Shown here: positions 1-10,530 of the stretch, piece after piece | Layout of the letters: the number at the start of each line of letters is the position of its first letter | Numbering within the stretch: the first letter of the stretch is position 1 | DNA from: a virus | Taxonomy: Duplodnaviria; Caudoviricetes | Reading direction: 5' to 3' (one strand) | DNA: 53,124 nucleotides | Virus record (IMG/VR): IMGVR_UViG_3300023091_000001 | Location: 1 to 53,124 of that record | The notes under the pieces: generated by a model | What the model saw: only the letters and a program-made list of their open reading frames with translations | The model's database searches: none | What the model was told of the DNA's origin: nothing | Position numbers and translations under genes: made by a program

Positions 1-144
1 TTGTAAAGGCCGTGGTTTTGCCTGTTCCACCATTAGCGACAGCTATTGTAGTACCGTTCCAGATACCAGTTGAAATAGTACCAACACTGGTAAGAGACGA
101 TGAAACTATGGTGGAGTTTAAAGTCGTACCTGACAGAGTTCCCG
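1..144. repeat. Terminal direct repeat (assembly circularisation overlap), copy 1
   Basis: Positions 1-144 match 52981-53124 except position 18 (T) versus 52998 (G). The repeat falls inside a coding region, so it is an assembly overlap rather than a physical end. Confidence 0.95.
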
Positions 145-2131
145 CAGGAGCCACAACCGCACTTGTGCCAGCTGCTGTGATTAATCCCTTAGCATTAACA
201 GTAAAGTTCGGTATAGCCGTGCTAGAACCGAAAGAGCCGGTGTTAGAGTTAACTGTAGTGAGAGTTGCTACTTGAGACTGGGACCCACTGGCTGGACCGG
301 CTGTCACGTCTCCGGTGAGCTGATTAATGGCGTTTACCGTTACAACACCTTGAGACCCATTAACACTCTGTACACCCACTGCTGGGGTAGTTAATTCCCA
401 CTGGGTGCCATTATACAGTACCAAGTCACCTACTTGAAAGTTGACCATTGAGGAGTTAGAAAGTCCGGGAATAGGTCCCGCGTAAGCTGTTGAGACCCAA
501 TACACATTACCTGCTGTCCCCGAACTATCAGATAAAGCCGGGGTGTTAGTGGAGGGATTCCAGACTCCTTGATATTCTAAAATGTTATTGGGAAGGTAGG
601 TTGCGGGGATTTTACTCGAGGCGTTTAATGGGCACACACCACTAGCTGCGCCAACTTCGGATTGTGTAACATAGGTTCCTGAAAGGTCTGGTACGTCTGT
701 GGTTGTTAAAGCTCTGAAAGTGGGCGTCGCTGCTGACCCGCTGCTTGGACCCGCAAAGACTGTATTGGCAATTTGAGTCTGGAAGGAGCCGGTTAAGGTA
801 CCATTGGTCGTAACCGGGCTGTTTGTCACTGAGAATACAGATGCAGGTAGGCTTAATCCAACAGATGTGACAAACGTGCCGGGAGCGGAGGTAATGGCTG
901 TCCAAGAGCTTCCGCGATACGCGTATAAGACGTTATCCGTCGCATCGTAGGTGAAAGGCAACGACCCAGTGTATATTGCTGATGGTGTTCCAGACGGAAC
1001 TCCGTTCATACTTTTAAGGTATAAAAATCCAGATATCGCTCCTGTGGGTAGTAGTATATCTTGGGCAGATCCTACAGGGCCAAGAATCGTATTCGCATAG
1101 CCGTCTACTGTAATAGCTGCATATTGCGAACCGTAGTTTATCCCGTTCACTCCGTTGGAATATATAATTACTTGACCGGAATTCGTTGGACCAGGGCTAT
1201 TCTGGCTACGACCAGGCGTAATTTGAACTAGACCCCCATTCCCACCCCCAGCGCTTAGATTGCGACCGGCCTGTATGGCGATTGTTCCCGCCTGACCCGA
1301 GCCATAGTTAACTGCACCAGTGATTGAGATCTGAGGAGCTAGGGTTGATATATTTGAATAACCCGGTGTCACAGTTACTGACCCAGCAGCTACCCCACTT
1401 GCGGGAATCCCTAAGAATGCGTTTGGGTAGGTGGTAAAATATAAGGATCGTCCAGAGAGTGCGGATAAATTCTCCGATGAAGACACATAATCAGTAGACG
1501 ATGTCAAGAACCCAAGAGTCATACCAGCTACAGTCAGTGTACCAGTATGGGTTCCTCCGCCCGCGCTAGTATTAGTGCCAATTGTTCCGCTTGTGTTAAC
1601 GCTCAACGTGTTAATGTCTGATAAATTTTGGTTGCCCCAATCAACGGCGGCGGAGGGAGAGTTAGTACCGTCAAGCCTCAAATAAACACCATTCAAAGCG
1701 GATGGTAGGGAATAATAGCCTAACACTGAAGAGCTGTTAGTTCCGTAATAGCTTGTTGCACCCGGTGTTGCAGTATCGTTAACTAAGCTAACATTCCCAG
1801 AGATATTCACCAAACTATCAATAAATGAAAGTGTGTTACTAGAACTTATCTGAATTGTGCTGGCCGTGGGAGTAGTAATTGAAATTCCTGTCCCTGCAGT
1901 TAGTGTTAATGCACCAGTTTCACCATTGAGACTGGACACTCCAGTAGGAGGACTCAATAGCACGTTCCATGTACTGGTAGCCGCGTCCCATACATAAATC
2001 ATATCAGTTGCTGTAACAACTCTGACATCACCATCAGAATTATTGGTAGTGGGGAGTTGGGCTAGTGTGTCTACGGGAGCCTTCCAGGTATAGAAGCCGT
2101 AAGCAGGCAGATCCCGATACTGGGTACTCAT
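1..2131 (-). CDS. Long tail fibre/spike protein, 5' part (continues across the junction into 52980..52136; about 991 aa in total)
   Basis: ATG at 2131 overlaps the upstream stop (TAATG) and reads MSTQYRDLPAYG. The segments checked had no stops. The frame matches ORF 52136..52891 across the junction (IAVANGGTG..AFTTGSIVFADGGG). G/S/T-rich with fibre-type segments such as YQGVWNPSTNTP. Confidence 0.85.
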   Translation of the reverse strand, partial: MSTQYRDLPAYGFYTWKAPVDTLAQLPTTNNSDGDVRVVTATDMIYVWDAATSTWNVLLSPPTGVSSLNGETGALTLTAGTGISITTPTASTIQISSSNTLSFIDSLVNISGNVSLVNDTATPGATSYYGTNSSSVLGYYSLPSALNGVYLRLDGTNSPSAAVDWGNQNLSDINTLSVNTSGTIGTNTSAGGGTHTGTLTVAGMTLGFLTSSTDYVSSSENLSALSGRSLYFTTYPNAFLGIPASGVAAGSVTVTPGYSNISTLAPQISITGAVNYGSGQAGTIAIQAGRNLSAGGGNGGLVQITPGRSQNSPGPTNSGQVIIYSNGVNGINYGSQYAAITVDGYANTILGPVGSAQDILLPTGAISGFLYLKSMNGVPSGTPSAIYTGSLPFTYDATDNVLYAYRGSSWTAITSAPGTFVTSVGLSLPASVFSVTNSPVTTNGTLTGSFQTQIANTVFAGPSSGSAATPTFRALTTTDVPDLSGTYVTQSEVGAASGVCPLNASSKIPATYLPNNILEYQGVWNPSTNTPALSDSSGTAGNVYWVSTAYAGPIPGLSNSSMVNFQVGDLVLYNGTQWELTTPAVGVQSVNGSQGVVTVNAINQLTGDVTAGPASGSQSQVATLTTVNSNTGSFGSSTAIPNFTVNAKGLITAAGTSAVVAPAGTLSGTTLNSTIVSSSLTSVGTISTGIWNGTTIAVANGGTGKTTAFT

Positions 2132-2394
2132 TAAAATAGCCTCCAAATAACAATTGATACGAGAGCTGCCGATTCAATGATTAGCCCCGCTATAAGACCT
2201 TTAAATCGTAGTGTAGGCACTGCAACAGTGTGGCTTAAGCGCACCTCCTGAACATCCATTTGGCTGGCGATGTATTTAAGCTTTTTGTCGTGGGATTGGA
2301 ATTCGGCTGGTACTACAAAGCCCACCTTTTCTCCGCTATGACGGCAAATTTCCACATTGTGGGTCGCATTGGATATCTTAGACACGTACCACAT
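2131..2394 (-). CDS. Small protein with C-terminal transmembrane segment
   Basis: 87 aa, abuts both neighbours, hydrophobic C-terminus (LIAGLIIESAALVSIVIW). Confidence 0.6.
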   Translation of the reverse strand: MWYVSKISNATHNVEICRHSGEKVGFVVPAEFQSHDKKLKYIASQMDVQEVRLSHTVAVPTLRFKGLIAGLIIESAALVSIVIWRLF

Positions 2395-2769
2395 TTAAAA
2401 CCCCTTGGTGTTAATCCTAGCGCTTACGGTAGCAGTACTAGCGCCGCTGGACAAGTCCGTGTAACCGATTCGAACCCAATTAAACATGGTTTGCTGGTGG
2501 TTCCATGTGCAAGTACCAGCTTCCGTTACACTGAACGGGGAATCAACCACAGTATCCCAATTCGTGGGCAGGGTCGGGCTATCGGGAGCTAATGTGGCTA
2601 GGGGAGTGTTGGAGTCTGTGGAAGCCTGAAGGAAGATTGTGCCGGTCGGAGTGCCAGTAATTTGAGCCTGGATGCTGAAGCCTAGGACTTGATTAAGTTG
2701 TATGGGCTGACTGAAAAAGCTGATATTCATGGGCTGGGCGCTCACGAATTGCATATTATTTACACGCAT
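2395..2769 (-). CDS. Small beta-rich virion protein (putative fibre adaptor), paralog of 4261..4593
   Basis: SIQAQITGTPTGTIFLQAS aligns with SMQANFTGTPAGTLTIEGS in the paralog; lies in the tail module. Confidence 0.7.
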   Translation of the reverse strand: MRVNNMQFVSAQPMNISFFSQPIQLNQVLGFSIQAQITGTPTGTIFLQASTDSNTPLATLAPDSPTLPTNWDTVVDSPFSVTEAGTCTWNHQQTMFNWVRIGYTDLSSGASTATVSARINTKGF

Positions 2770-2778
2770 GAAAACCTC

Positions 2779-4257
2779 TTACCAGTAGGGGATTACGTGA
2801 GTTCCGCCATTAATTGTGCACTGGATATACCCCGTAGGATTTCCACTGTAACCCGCAGGCAGATTTGTTATAGTGCCAACACCCGATGCAGCAGCGGCGG
2901 TTGCAGTATTGATTGCATGTTGGGGAGTAGCGCTCGCAGACCCTAGTGTTACAACACCGTTTATTGTTAACTGCTGCCCAGATACTGTGCCAGGACCAGT
3001 GGCTAGAGTTCCCCACATTAAAGAGTAGGCTCTATCACCAGCTATACCAGACTGCACTACGTTATTAACATAAAATTGATTAGATCCTGTTTCGTTATAT
3101 CCAGCGGTATAACCTAAAGCTATGTTACCCGTTCCTACATTATTTAAGTATAATGCCCCATGTCCTATAGCTGTGTTGCCTGTACCGGTCGTATTAGCAT
3201 TCAAAGAGTAATTGCCAAAAGCAACATTTAAAACTCCTGTAGTGTTATTGGTTAAAGATACATAACCTACTGCAACGTTATAATTCCCATGGGTATTGGC
3301 AGCAAGAGCATTATCACCAAATGCCTGATTCCAACTGCCATCAATGTTATTCAACAATACATTGGTCCCAACTGCTGTGTTGTGAGAACCGGTAGTGAGA
3401 TTAGTTAGAGCTGCTGTACCAATGGCTATATTGGGACCTCCAGTAGTGGCTGTGTTTAACGCATTATTTCCAATAGCGATACTTGACGAACTCGTCGTAC
3501 TTGACTGTAAAGCACCTTGTCCTATAGCGACGTTACTACCGCCAGTTGTGTTGAAGTGAAGCGCCCAAGTACCTATTGCAATGTTGCTGGTTCCTGTGGT
3601 GTTGCTTAAAAGTGATTGATATCCAATCGCCTGGTTATCTGTACCCGTCGTTGTGGAGTATAGTGCTTGATAGTTTAATGCAGTATTAGCACCACCAGTT
3701 GTGTTTGAGTATAAGGTCTCATATCCAATAGCAACGTTAGGACTTGGAGCATTGGTATTGTAAAGTGCACCGTAACCTATAGCTGTATGACCTGGCCCAG
3801 TGGTATTTAAACCTAAAGCTAGAAAACCGATACCGATATTCGCATAGCCCGTTGTATTAGAAAGTAACGCCGAGCCTATCGCAACGTTGCTGTTACCGGT
3901 TGTATTGTTCCATAACGCTTCAAAACCTAAAGCAGTATTCTGAATACCAGTCGTATTGGCCTGCATCGCTTTAAAACCAACCGCAACGTTATAAGTACCA
4001 ATTGTATTGTATCTTAAAGCATTCGAACCTATGCCGACATTCTCAAAACCCGTACCATTCTGAAATAATGCACCAACACCGATACCAACATTATCACTAC
4101 CAGTAGATGTGAGAGCACCCGCCCCAGAGCCTATAAAGATATTGCTAGCTCCTGTGGTCACAGCGCTTAGTGAAGAACTGCCAATCGCAATATTATTAGT
4201 ACCGGGCGTATTTACCGGTATACCAGAGCCACTGGATGGATATCTAAGATAACCCAT
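2779..4257 (-). CDS. Tail spike/fibre with YadA/Hep_Hag-like 14-residue beta-roll repeats
   Basis: About 25 tandem NxA(I/V)GxxALxxNTTG repeats. Confidence 0.8.
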   Translation of the reverse strand: MGYLRYPSSGSGIPVNTPGTNNIAIGSSSLSAVTTGASNIFIGSGAGALTSTGSDNVGIGVGALFQNGTGFENVGIGSNALRYNTIGTYNVAVGFKAMQANTTGIQNTALGFEALWNNTTGNSNVAIGSALLSNTTGYANIGIGFLALGLNTTGPGHTAIGYGALYNTNAPSPNVAIGYETLYSNTTGGANTALNYQALYSTTTGTDNQAIGYQSLLSNTTGTSNIAIGTWALHFNTTGGSNVAIGQGALQSSTTSSSSIAIGNNALNTATTGGPNIAIGTAALTNLTTGSHNTAVGTNVLLNNIDGSWNQAFGDNALAANTHGNYNVAVGYVSLTNNTTGVLNVAFGNYSLNANTTGTGNTAIGHGALYLNNVGTGNIALGYTAGYNETGSNQFYVNNVVQSGIAGDRAYSLMWGTLATGPGTVSGQQLTINGVVTLGSASATPQHAINTATAAAASGVGTITNLPAGYSGNPTGYIQCTINGGTHVIPYW

Positions 4258-4260
4258 AAC

Positions 4261-4593
4261 TTACACCATCTTTCCACTGACCAGTACAGTTAGAGAACCT
4301 ACTGAACCTGTACTAGGAACAAAGTGAGATCGAATATACGGAAAGGATAGGAGATTCATGTCAAAAAGCTCAGACCCAGCTACGGAAATTGGAAGCGTGA
4401 TTATCGCATTCCACGTAGTTTCGTCCAGACTCCCCTCAATTGTTAGGGTTCCTGCTGGAGTGCCTGTAAAATTGGCTTGCATTGATATATTATCAAGCTC
4501 GGTTATAGCTGTAATTAACGAGATTTGTTCAACGGCCATGCTAGCAGCTGAAAGTGTAGGGTATGGAGGAAGAAAATTCTTGCGTCCGCTCAT
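4261..4593 (-). CDS. Small beta-rich virion protein (putative fibre adaptor)
   Basis: AAGGAG RBS; paralog of 2395..2769. Confidence 0.7.
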   Translation of the reverse strand: MSGRKNFLPPYPTLSAASMAVEQISLITAITELDNISMQANFTGTPAGTLTIEGSLDETTWNAIITLPISVAGSELFDMNLLSFPYIRSHFVPSTGSVGSLTVLVSGKMV

Positions 4594-4663
4594 GGAGGCT
4601 CCTTATGGGCAAAAGGCTTGTAGACCTAAGCCTGAGCAGTTGTTGCTCTGTAAAAGGCCAAGA

Positions 4664-7456
4664 CTAACGGCGCTGTAGCTCGCGAGTCATGCTGGCCTGG
4701 CTAGGTGTCATGTCTAACATGTTGGTTTTACCAAGCTTTTTAGGAGTGCCTCTGCTAGGAGTATTAGCCTGCTGTAATTGCTGCGATGAGGAACGAGCAA
4801 ACACTGCCTGAGCCACGTTTATGGACGATGGGGATAAGGTAGAATCTAGGGGTTGCCCTAGTATTTGTGAGATTCCAGATCGCACACGGTACGGAATTTC
4901 TTCCTCTTTAGCCGTTCGTTTAGTGACTTGGTCCATAAGTTCACGTCCCATACGCGGAAGAGCGCTGGGATAGATGGCATTTACTGTATTTAAGTCCTGC
5001 TGTTGAAGTGTGCCCTGCTTTAAATGCTCTATAACTCGTGCTGGGTTATTGGCTATGTCCAACTGACGGTTGAATTGCTCTTGTGCAGCCTTACTAACTT
5101 CTCCACGGTCTAGTGGCCCGGATTTAACAACTTGCGGACGTATTGAGTTCAGATAGGTCGCAGCAGCTGTTAACGTTTTCGACAGTGACTGTTGAGAATC
5201 TGGGAGATAGTGAGCTAAAGTGGTATCCGAGTTATCCATAAGTTGCTGCGGATTTAGCTGCAAATCCTGAATCCGCTTATCTAACTTACCCCGCTCATTA
5301 TCAGACAGCTCTGGTATAACAGCCTTAGACCCCTTGTCGAAAACATTCTTTACGCTTTTGACCAACGCCCCATCGCCTTTAGAAGCTTGCTCAGCAAACA
5401 TAACCATTTTACGGAATGCTGCCGAATCCACAGCTGCGGGAGTGCCAAAAAACTTCAATAATCCGATTCTAACAGCATCGGGAACCTTAGTGCTTAGAAG
5501 ACGCATCGTCTCCCCTAAGGCGTACCCGGTGACCGGATTTTTACCCAACAACCATCCAAGGGCACCGGTGAGCTGAGCTGGCATGTGGCTTAGAACAGCC
5601 ATTAGCCCCTTACCGGCTTTAAAAGGGCTACCTTTGTAGTTTAATACCCCAGAAGCCTGACCAGCCCACCCCAGCTCTTGCTGTTGAGCGGGAGTTAATA
5701 TAAAGTTACGAACTTCCGGAGTTAAGGCAGCCATCTTTTTGGAGATTGTCCCGCTACTCACCACCTCACCCGGCTTCAACAATCTTGCTGGCGTGGAGGG
5801 TTTTAGAAGGAGATTGGTTATCATGCGCTCTTTAACAGCTTCGGCAGTTTGTGGAAACTCTCTCTGCAATAATTGTGTGAAATTAGCTCGATCGGTGGGG
5901 GCCATTCGTTGAGCAAACAATTCGGGTTGGTCCTCTGCCATTCGTGACACATTATCCAGAATAGTTTTAGGGCTATCCCCAGATACTTTGAGCTGCTGCT
6001 TAAGCATGCCCAGAGTGTCCATCAAGTTACCGTGCTCACCTTTAGCAGCATACCATGAATCCACTGCAGCTTGCCCTTCAGGAGAGTTCTGAAAGTGCTG
6101 TTCTACCCCCGTCTCGTAAGACTCATTATAGATTCGCGACATTTTGCTTTTCGCTGCCATTACGTCTTCAGGAGTTTTCCAATCCCAGGAAGCCAGATTC
6201 GATTTAGACTTCATCACATCGTCTAGGGTTTTTATATTATCTACATCCCGAATTGCTTGTTTGACTAACTTAGCTGCTGGAGTAGATGGGTTGATGGCGT
6301 AATCCTGGTCATACATCGTCTGCAATTTATCTTTAAGGAACACGTCTGGCTGGCTAACTTTTCCAGTCTCAGGGTCTTTCCACGGAGTCTCCGGTTTAAA
6401 CGGAGCATTTCCAATCTGCTCTTTAACTTGTTCATAAGCAGCGTCTCGTGCATCAATTTTATCTTGCATTTCTGACACTAAGGTGTCACCAATTTTCCCA
6501 CCGGCCTGTGCATTAGATGCTTCAGAAATATCTGCTACGTCCGCATCTGTTTTTCCCACCTGTTTTAAGGCATAACGAGAAATCTGCCCATTAGCATCCT
6601 CAGCAGCCTTAACCACTTTTGGCGCTTCCTTGTCCATCATTTGCTTGTATAGTCCTGACTCCAATGAGCCATCTGGGGCTAAACCGGATTGCGCTATTGG
6701 GTTCAATTCAGGACGTCCTATTGAAGCGGCTCCGCCTTCTGCGGCTGGAGCGGTTAAGCCTTCAAAGTCGGGATGATTGTATTTACGAGCAAGAGCTTCC
6801 AAAACGGAATTCGTAGACTCTGAGGCGGGGCTAGCTGTCCACAGGGCTTCAGTCCCTTGACCTAGATGACCAACCGCTGCTCCAAATAATCCGCTCAACC
6901 CAATATGCTGCGCGGCGCTAGAAACTGTTTGGTCAGGGTCGTTTGCAAACGCTTTGCTGACCTCGTCTGTAGCGCCAAGCAGCGCATTCTGAGCTGCCGC
7001 ACTAGCGGCTGCAGAACCAATCCCAACCTTACCTAGTCCGAGAGCTTCGGCGGCGGCCTCTCCTGCAATTCCTGCGCCTTCCAAAGCGCCAGCAATAGGC
7101 GCTCCCACATAACCGGATCCTAAAAGAGCTGCGGTGTCAGTGGTCATTTTTATAATGGGATTTAATTCTTCGGCTCGTTTTCTAATATCTTCGGCGGGTA
7201 CTCCGATTAGCCGTTCGAAACCGGTAGATAATCCGCCCGTAAGGGTGCTAGCAGCCGATTCAGCGGCTCCTTGCGCTTGCTGCAATGGGGTTCCATATTG
7301 GGCCGTTTGCTCCTCTTTCTGCAAACTCTGCAGTCCCATATCCAGCGGATCAGCTTGAGGCGTTGATGCAGCATCAGGTGTGGATTCAGGTTGAGGGGTG
7401 CCTTGTAAATTAAGAGGGTCAGAATTCTCTAGCAAAGCTTGGTCTAAAGCGTCCAT
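4664..7456 (-). CDS. Large internal virion/DNA ejection protein
   Basis: 930 aa, Ala/Gly-rich and helical; third of three coupled genes after the nozzle, the position of podovirus ejection proteins. Confidence 0.65.
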   Translation of the reverse strand: MDALDQALLENSDPLNLQGTPQPESTPDAASTPQADPLDMGLQSLQKEEQTAQYGTPLQQAQGAAESAASTLTGGLSTGFERLIGVPAEDIRKRAEELNPIIKMTTDTAALLGSGYVGAPIAGALEGAGIAGEAAAEALGLGKVGIGSAAASAAAQNALLGATDEVSKAFANDPDQTVSSAAQHIGLSGLFGAAVGHLGQGTEALWTASPASESTNSVLEALARKYNHPDFEGLTAPAAEGGAASIGRPELNPIAQSGLAPDGSLESGLYKQMMDKEAPKVVKAAEDANGQISRYALKQVGKTDADVADISEASNAQAGGKIGDTLVSEMQDKIDARDAAYEQVKEQIGNAPFKPETPWKDPETGKVSQPDVFLKDKLQTMYDQDYAINPSTPAAKLVKQAIRDVDNIKTLDDVMKSKSNLASWDWKTPEDVMAAKSKMSRIYNESYETGVEQHFQNSPEGQAAVDSWYAAKGEHGNLMDTLGMLKQQLKVSGDSPKTILDNVSRMAEDQPELFAQRMAPTDRANFTQLLQREFPQTAEAVKERMITNLLLKPSTPARLLKPGEVVSSGTISKKMAALTPEVRNFILTPAQQQELGWAGQASGVLNYKGSPFKAGKGLMAVLSHMPAQLTGALGWLLGKNPVTGYALGETMRLLSTKVPDAVRIGLLKFFGTPAAVDSAAFRKMVMFAEQASKGDGALVKSVKNVFDKGSKAVIPELSDNERGKLDKRIQDLQLNPQQLMDNSDTTLAHYLPDSQQSLSKTLTAAATYLNSIRPQVVKSGPLDRGEVSKAAQEQFNRQLDIANNPARVIEHLKQGTLQQQDLNTVNAIYPSALPRMGRELMDQVTKRTAKEEEIPYRVRSGISQILGQPLDSTLSPSSINVAQAVFARSSSQQLQQANTPSRGTPKKLGKTNMLDMTPSQASMTRELQRR

Positions 7457-9237
7457 TATTGAATTCCATATTTTCTCTTTAACATCTGTACAAACTGAGC
7501 TGCTCTGGGGTCGTTTGGATTAGCTTGGGCTTGTTTAAGAGCAGCTTGCTCTACTGGAGTAAGCTGAGGTTGTCCGGAAGATTGAGTGCTGGGAGAGGAC
7601 ATTCCTACGGCCTGAGCAGGCGCAGACATCTGCCCCGCCGTCCCCTTTGGTCGAATATCAATACCCAGCCCATTAAGCACCGAGCTTTTTCCTAAATCGT
7701 CGAACATATTCGTGAGGCCTTTTTGTGATTCGGCTAGAGTGGCTTTAGCTTTTCCCACATTAGGCATCAACGCATTCACTTGTTGCTGAGCTTCCTGCAT
7801 GTTAAATCGACCTTCAGCCAACTTGGCTAGCTGTCCTGCATAGGGTTGAATGGCTGCGGCTCGGTATTGAGGGCTTAATCCTCGTCCAGCAAAAGCGCGT
7901 TGAGACAGATCATTAAAAGACCCTTGCATTTGTTCTCTAAGAGCCTCTACCTTACCGACCCTAGACAACTCATCATTGACAGTCTTTACCTGGTCTCCCG
8001 GTATAAACCCCAATGCTGCATAGTTCCTAACAGCCATTGAGGCATTCTTAAAGCGTTGATCGGCAGATAACGGTTGTGCGGGCTGTGGTTGACCGGATTG
8101 TGTGCCAGTTTGAGCTGTCGGACCGAAGGTGCCCGTAGACTCATTATAACTTGGTAGATTACCCGTTACACTAGACTCTAGCAACTTAGCTTTCTGAACT
8201 TCAGGAGCCAAACGAATCGCCCAGTCAGCTTGAGCTTGCTGAGCTTTCGCTCCCGCCACTGTTCCAGCATATTTGGCAGCATCTTGCTGGAGCATCATAT
8301 TAACGTGGTCCATCTGAAATACTTTGGCCATTTGTGCAGCGGCTATTTGGTCTCCGTATTGTTGATTTAGGTGCGAGATTAAATTAGTCCGATTTGAAGC
8401 TTCGGCTTTCTGAGCGTCCAGATCTCGATCGATGCTGTGCTGAATCTGATCCATGACTATATTACTTTTTCCACCACCCGCTATTCCACCCAATAAAATT
8501 CCTAGGCCAGTTTTAATTTGATTGGGAGTGCTGCCGGTAAAGATGTCTTTAGGGGTAATATGCTGAGCAGCTGCATCGGCAATCATCTGAGAACGCTGCT
8601 GGTCCACCGTCGTGGTCCTAGTCAAGAATTGGTCTAAGTTATTAGCCTGTTCTTGAATCCCTTGATTTAAACTTTGAACATTTGCTTGTCCAATCGCTCC
8701 CTGGGCCGCAGCTTCACCCGCCAAGCCCTTACCAGCCAAATTGCCCGCTTGATTAATAGTGGCTCCCTGAGACTGAATACCGTAGGTGTCTCCGGGAACG
8801 CTTGGAAGAAAGTTTTGCTGACCAGATGGTATGGGGTTAGCCATTGTAGACTGGGCCGGTGCAGGCTGAGCGGCTTGAACGGTTTGGGGTTGCACTTGTG
8901 CTTGAGGCTGGGCAGGACCGGGGGTTATGTAAATATTGGTATTGTGGCTAGAAGAAGCCTGGGAGGCGTCTGGAGTGATTGGCTGCGTGGCATCCCCACT
9001 ATCTTGCGCTGACACTTGTTGGTCTTGTGGTTCCGCCCCTTCCCCTGAGTATCCTATTACGCGTCCACCCTTAGCCATTTTCTGCATTGGGATCGCGGCC
9101 AGCTGTTCGCGAAGTTTGGGCGTCAAAGACGATTTAGCAATTTTAAACTGATGCCCTTTTGGGTGGGCTAAAGTAGCGCTTTTGTCGTCTTCGGCTACTT
9201 TTTTAAATTCATGCCAGGGCATCTGGAAAGGTTTCAT
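7456..9237 (-). CDS. Internal virion/ejection protein
   Basis: 593 aa, Q/A-rich, contains MAKGGRV; TAATG-coupled to neighbours. Confidence 0.65.
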   Translation of the reverse strand: MKPFQMPWHEFKKVAEDDKSATLAHPKGHQFKIAKSSLTPKLREQLAAIPMQKMAKGGRVIGYSGEGAEPQDQQVSAQDSGDATQPITPDASQASSSHNTNIYITPGPAQPQAQVQPQTVQAAQPAPAQSTMANPIPSGQQNFLPSVPGDTYGIQSQGATINQAGNLAGKGLAGEAAAQGAIGQANVQSLNQGIQEQANNLDQFLTRTTTVDQQRSQMIADAAAQHITPKDIFTGSTPNQIKTGLGILLGGIAGGGKSNIVMDQIQHSIDRDLDAQKAEASNRTNLISHLNQQYGDQIAAAQMAKVFQMDHVNMMLQQDAAKYAGTVAGAKAQQAQADWAIRLAPEVQKAKLLESSVTGNLPSYNESTGTFGPTAQTGTQSGQPQPAQPLSADQRFKNASMAVRNYAALGFIPGDQVKTVNDELSRVGKVEALREQMQGSFNDLSQRAFAGRGLSPQYRAAAIQPYAGQLAKLAEGRFNMQEAQQQVNALMPNVGKAKATLAESQKGLTNMFDDLGKSSVLNGLGIDIRPKGTAGQMSAPAQAVGMSSPSTQSSGQPQLTPVEQAALKQAQANPNDPRAAQFVQMLKRKYGIQ

Positions 9238-10529
9238 TATCGTAATCCTCTGCCTTTTTTGGCTTTAACTTTAGCCACAAAATTAGCAGCTTTTTGTGGC
9301 GCGTTTTGGTCTTGTGCTATTGTGCGAGGAATTATTATCTCGCCAGGGCTTAACTTTGCATCCACGGTGTCATTCTGAGTGCTATCACCAGCTATCTTAG
9401 CTGTGCCGGGGACCACCCGAGCTTGTCGAGCGAACTTCTCGCCAATTAGAGCCCCTTGTGAGAATTGCTGCATTACCGGCTGTGCGTTTTGACGGCCAAA
9501 CTTTAGAGCTTTTCCAAAACTAGATTGAGGTTCATTAGTATTCTGTTGTGGAACTCCCGTGGTGTTTCTAAACTGCTGGGAAAATTGGCTTAAAGTGTCT
9601 TGACTCTGAGGTAAATTGACAGGAATTGCTGAAGGATTCGTTGAAACCGCTCCGCCATCTGCAAGTAGTGCAGCCAAACCCATCAAGCTTCCCAATCCAC
9701 CGCCTGAAGATTGGTTAGAGGATTGAGGTGCCTGCCTAATGTCAATAGGGTCAGAAGCGGGTATGTTCAAGTCCCCATCCACCGATCCACCTGTAGCGAA
9801 ACCGCCTAGCGCTCCACTCACAGCGCTTCCTACCCCATTTCCCCCCAGGATAGACCCCACTCCGTTCATAATTCCACCAAAAATGCCACTACCCATCGAG
9901 TTTTGAGATTGCGCATTGGTGTTGGCTATCGAGGCGTTTGCAGCGTTGGCTTGGTTCTGCTGAGATACTACGGCTTGATTATACTGAGCGAGCTGCTGTT
10001 GCATTAATTGCTGCTGAGCTTGCTGAGCTGCTGTTTGCTGCTGAGCAGCTGTCTGCATTTGCCCAACCTGTCCTTGAGCTATACCGCCAGCCTGTCCAAT
10101 AGCATTAAGTGATTGTTGGGCTTGTATAGTGGAAGCCTGTCCAGCGGCTTGCTGCTGTGTAGCCGCGCCTTGTTGGGCTGCCTGACGAGCCATCAAACCA
10201 ATATTCGCACCAGCTCCTCGCTGACCGGCCATTAAAGCGGCCTGATTTGCGACGTTCTGCCCTGTAGACTGCGACAACATGGCCTGGGCTGGGTTGGGTC
10301 CTGTGCCTGCTGCAATTCCTTGTAGCTGATTGTAGACGTTCTGCTGGTTATTCAGCCCTTGACCACCCATTACTGCATTGGTAAAGGCCTGTTGCTGGCC
10401 CAACGCGCCTTGAGAAGCCTGTTGATTAGCGGCTAGCTGCTGAGGAGTCACATTTCCATTTAACTGCTGCTGCGTAGCCTGCCAGCCTGAGCCTTTCGAC
10501 CCACTGAATAAATTACCAAGAATACTCAT
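9237..10529 (-). CDS. Internal virion/pilot (ejection) protein
   Basis: Q/A/G-rich, P22 gp7-like composition; C-terminal NDTVDAKLSPGEIIIP motif. Confidence 0.7.
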   Translation of the reverse strand: MSILGNLFSGSKGSGWQATQQQLNGNVTPQQLAANQQASQGALGQQQAFTNAVMGGQGLNNQQNVYNQLQGIAAGTGPNPAQAMLSQSTGQNVANQAALMAGQRGAGANIGLMARQAAQQGAATQQQAAGQASTIQAQQSLNAIGQAGGIAQGQVGQMQTAAQQQTAAQQAQQQLMQQQLAQYNQAVVSQQNQANAANASIANTNAQSQNSMGSGIFGGIMNGVGSILGGNGVGSAVSGALGGFATGGSVDGDLNIPASDPIDIRQAPQSSNQSSGGGLGSLMGLAALLADGGAVSTNPSAIPVNLPQSQDTLSQFSQQFRNTTGVPQQNTNEPQSSFGKALKFGRQNAQPVMQQFSQGALIGEKFARQARVVPGTAKIAGDSTQNDTVDAKLSPGEIIIPRTIAQDQNAPQKAANFVAKVKAKKGRGLR

Positions 10530-10530
10530 G

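Noticed and set aside
1-144. Terminal repeat as a biological DTR
   Set aside because: It falls in the middle of the tail fibre gene, as expected for an assembler overlap.
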